Assembly (NCBI GenBank): GCA_030390025.1
Contig: CM059438.1
Location: 62,622,001 to 62,686,000, forward strand
DNA: 64,000 nucleotides
Direction of reading: 5' to 3'
Source of the DNA: Squalus acanthias
Taxonomy: Eukaryota
Shown piece after piece: positions 61,513 to 64,000 of this stretch. Under the pieces are notes generated by a model, which worked only from the letters and a program-made list of their open reading frames with translations, made no database searches and was not told where the DNA came from. Each line of letters begins with the position of its first letter. Position 1 is the first letter of the stretch. The translations under genes and the position numbers were made by a program.

Positions 61513-62190
61513 GTCTCCTCCACATTGGGGAGACCAAACGCAGATTGGGTGACCGCTTTGTGGAACACCTCCGTTCAGTCCGTAAGGGTGATCCCGAGCT
61601 TCCGGTCACCTGTCACTTTAATTCTCCGCTGCACTCCCACTCTGACCTCACCGTCCTCGGCCTCTTACACTGTTCCAACGAAGCTCAATGTAAGCTCGAG
61701 GAACAGCACCTCATCTTTCAATTAGGCACTTTACAGCCTTCTGGACTCAACATAGAGTTCAACAATTTCAGTCCATAACCTCTGTCCCTATCCTTTTTTT
61801 CCATTTTTTTTCCTCTCTCACATGGCAGCTGTCTTTCATTCTGCCAGTGCCATTTACACTTCATCTAGAGCCATCTTTTGTTCCTCAACTTGTCCCATTA
61901 CCATCTCCTTTTGCCTTGCACCATCATCCCTTTTGTCTTTTAACCTCTCCTGCCTTCCATCCTATCACAGACCTTCCCTTTTGTTCTTTCCTCCCCTCCC
62001 CCCTCTCCCTGCCCCTACACTTGCTTAAAAACCTGTTCCATCTCCAGCTTTTTCCAGTTCTGACAAAGGGTCATCGACCTGAAACGTTAACTCTGTTTCT
62101 CTCTCCACGGATGCTGCCTGACCTGCTGAGTATTTCCAGCATTTTCTGTTTTTGTTTCAGATTTCCAGCATCCGCAGTATTTTGCTTTTG
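61513..62190 (+). mobile_element. Penelope family 2 3' fragment (GIY-YIG end, pLTR, hammerhead 62056-62092)
   Basis: HIGETKRRLGDRFVEHLRSV...HFN...GLNIEF; AGTT-CTGACAA-AGGGTC-ATC-GACCT-GAAA-CG-TT-AACT (one core mismatch). Confidence 0.85.
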
Positions 62191-62503
62191 TAAGATAGGT
62201 ACAGTCCTGTCCTGTGAGCCTGCTTATCCTATCCATCTAAAATAACACAACCAAACTACATTTCAGTTCCCTAATATCAGCTCCATCACTAACATGCCTT
62301 GGCCAGTTCTTGGGTACCCTCTGTTGTGGTAAGATTATAAGAACATAAGAAATAGATAGCAGCAAGGGTGGGCCATACAGCCCCTCAAGCCTGCTCCGCC
62401 ATTCAATTCGAGGAGCGGTAGTCAGGCCAGTTTCTCTAGGCAGTGAGAAAGGGAAAGAACCGCTACGTTAAGAACATGATTTATATTATGTTTTATATAT
62501 TAA

Positions 62504-62610
62504 GAGTTCTGATGAAAGGTCATCAACCTGAAACATTAACTCTGTTTCTCTCCCTCCACAGATGCTGCCTGACCCACTGAGTATTTCCAGCATTATCTGT
62601 TTTTATTTAT
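62504..62610 (+). mobile_element. Penelope family 2 pLTR remnant beginning at a hammerhead motif (62504-62542)
   Basis: GAGTT-CTGATGA-AAGGTCATCAACCT-GAAA-CA-TT-AACTC. Confidence 0.72.
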
Positions 62611-63569
62611 ATTATGTATTTTAACACAGCAGTTGTGAACTGCTTATCTTTCACTACACAAGAAGCCAGCTAGGCTAAGCAACTAAAGTAAATATATCTG
62701 CCGTGTTGCTGATATTATTCATTGTTCCTTTACTGTTTAATAAATTTCTTTGGTAGTTTTAAGTCAAAAAGTCTAGTGTGGTGTTACTCTGCCCCCTTCT
62801 GGAAGCAGGGAGGATCACATGAAAGCACAGAATCAACTGAAGGAGGCTCTCCGTTCATTCCCTGAGCCCCAGAAAAATTACCTTGCTATCTGGGCCAGTG
62901 AAAATACTCTTTTCAGGACGAAGGGAGAAATTTCCTTGAGGCTGCCACCGCTCTGCTGTCGTAACTCTGACGTAATTACTTCCGGTGAAGTTTCGGTGGG
63001 AGAGTGGGAGCAGATCTGAGGAACAAGCCAGCCAAAGGCTCCCCCTAAGAGAGTAGTCTGAACCACGACACTAAAAAATATCTGAAGTGAAAGAAAAGGG
63101 TAAAGAAACCCCACAAAAAGGCAACAGTTCCCTTGTTCGAACAGGTCACCACTGCATTAAGCTTTTATGCAACCAAATCCTTCTAAGCCACTACAGGGGA
63201 TGTAGGCCAAGCATGGCAGACTGGTGATACACCAACCAAGTGACAGGTGTCATGTTTGCAAAGGGCAGCGGCATCATCACTTACCCCGTGGAAAGGAGGT
63301 ATCGGCACAGCAGTGCACAGAACTTTTACTGGGCTCAGGGTCAGGGTTAGGGGTTGCCAACCCTCCAGGAATCGGAGATTAATCTCCAGGACACTGCTGC
63401 GAGTGTAGGGCATTAAACATGGCACCCATAGTGCTGGACCGCAGGACCATCATTGTTCAAATCAAGGCCAGATGTCCCGAAAACATCCCGTGGTGCCTTC
63501 ACGCTGTGGCAGTCCACTGTCCCTGGATTATTTGAAGGCCATGGGAGATCAGATCTGAAAAACCCCTGA

Positions 63570-64000
63570 ACAAAGAGTACAAAAGCCAGGAAGCTATGCT
63601 AAACCTTTATAAAATACTAGTTCGGCCCCAGCTGGAGTATTGAATCCAATTCTGGGCACCACACTTTAGGAAGGACGTGAAGGCTTTGGAGAGGGTGCAG
63701 AAGAGATTTACCAGAATGGTTCCAGGGATGAGGGATTACAGTTCTGTGGTTAGACTGGAGAAGCTGGGGTTGTTCTTCTTAGAGCAGAGAAGGCTAAAAG
63801 GAGATTTGATAGAGGTGTTTAAAATCAGAAAGGGTTTAGATAGAGTAAATAAAGAGAGACTGTTTCCAATGGCTGAAGGGTCGATAACCAGAGGGCACAG
63901 ATTTACGGTGATTGACAAAAGCAGCAGAGGCGACATGAGGAAAAACTTTTTTACGCAACGAGTGGTTAGGATTTGGAATGCGCTGCCTGATAGGGTGGTG
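63570..64000 (+). mobile_element. CR1 3' fragment running off the window
   Basis: LYKILVRPQLEY...LEQRRLKGDLIEVFK...TRGH. Confidence 0.85.

Overview
Non-coding vertebrate DNA (intergenic or intronic), almost entirely transposable elements. An HE1/V-type SINE, SacSINE1-like DeuSINEs and HER1-like CR1 LINEs point to a cartilaginous fish (shark or ray); this is an inference. No intact host gene, rRNA, tRNA gene or CRISPR array is supported. Contents: (i) many CR1 copies, one nearly full-length; (ii) a second APE-RT LINE family ('family B'), whose 5' end is fused to the body of a tRNA-headed SINE and which has no ORF1; (iii) a complete DD32D Tigger transposon; (iv) Penelope-like elements with minimal hammerhead ribozymes, two of them inserted as palindromes with clean TSDs; (v) two short solo LTRs plus hAT and Harbinger-type MITEs; (vi) a complete 10.5-kb LTR element (42385-52918) with retrovirus-like pol (degenerate RNase H tether plus a second RNase HI), an in-frame gag UGA-CUAG pol junction, a tRNA-Arg PBS and no env. 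Nested insertions give a clear relative chronology. Family names come from recognising motifs by eye; no database search was run.
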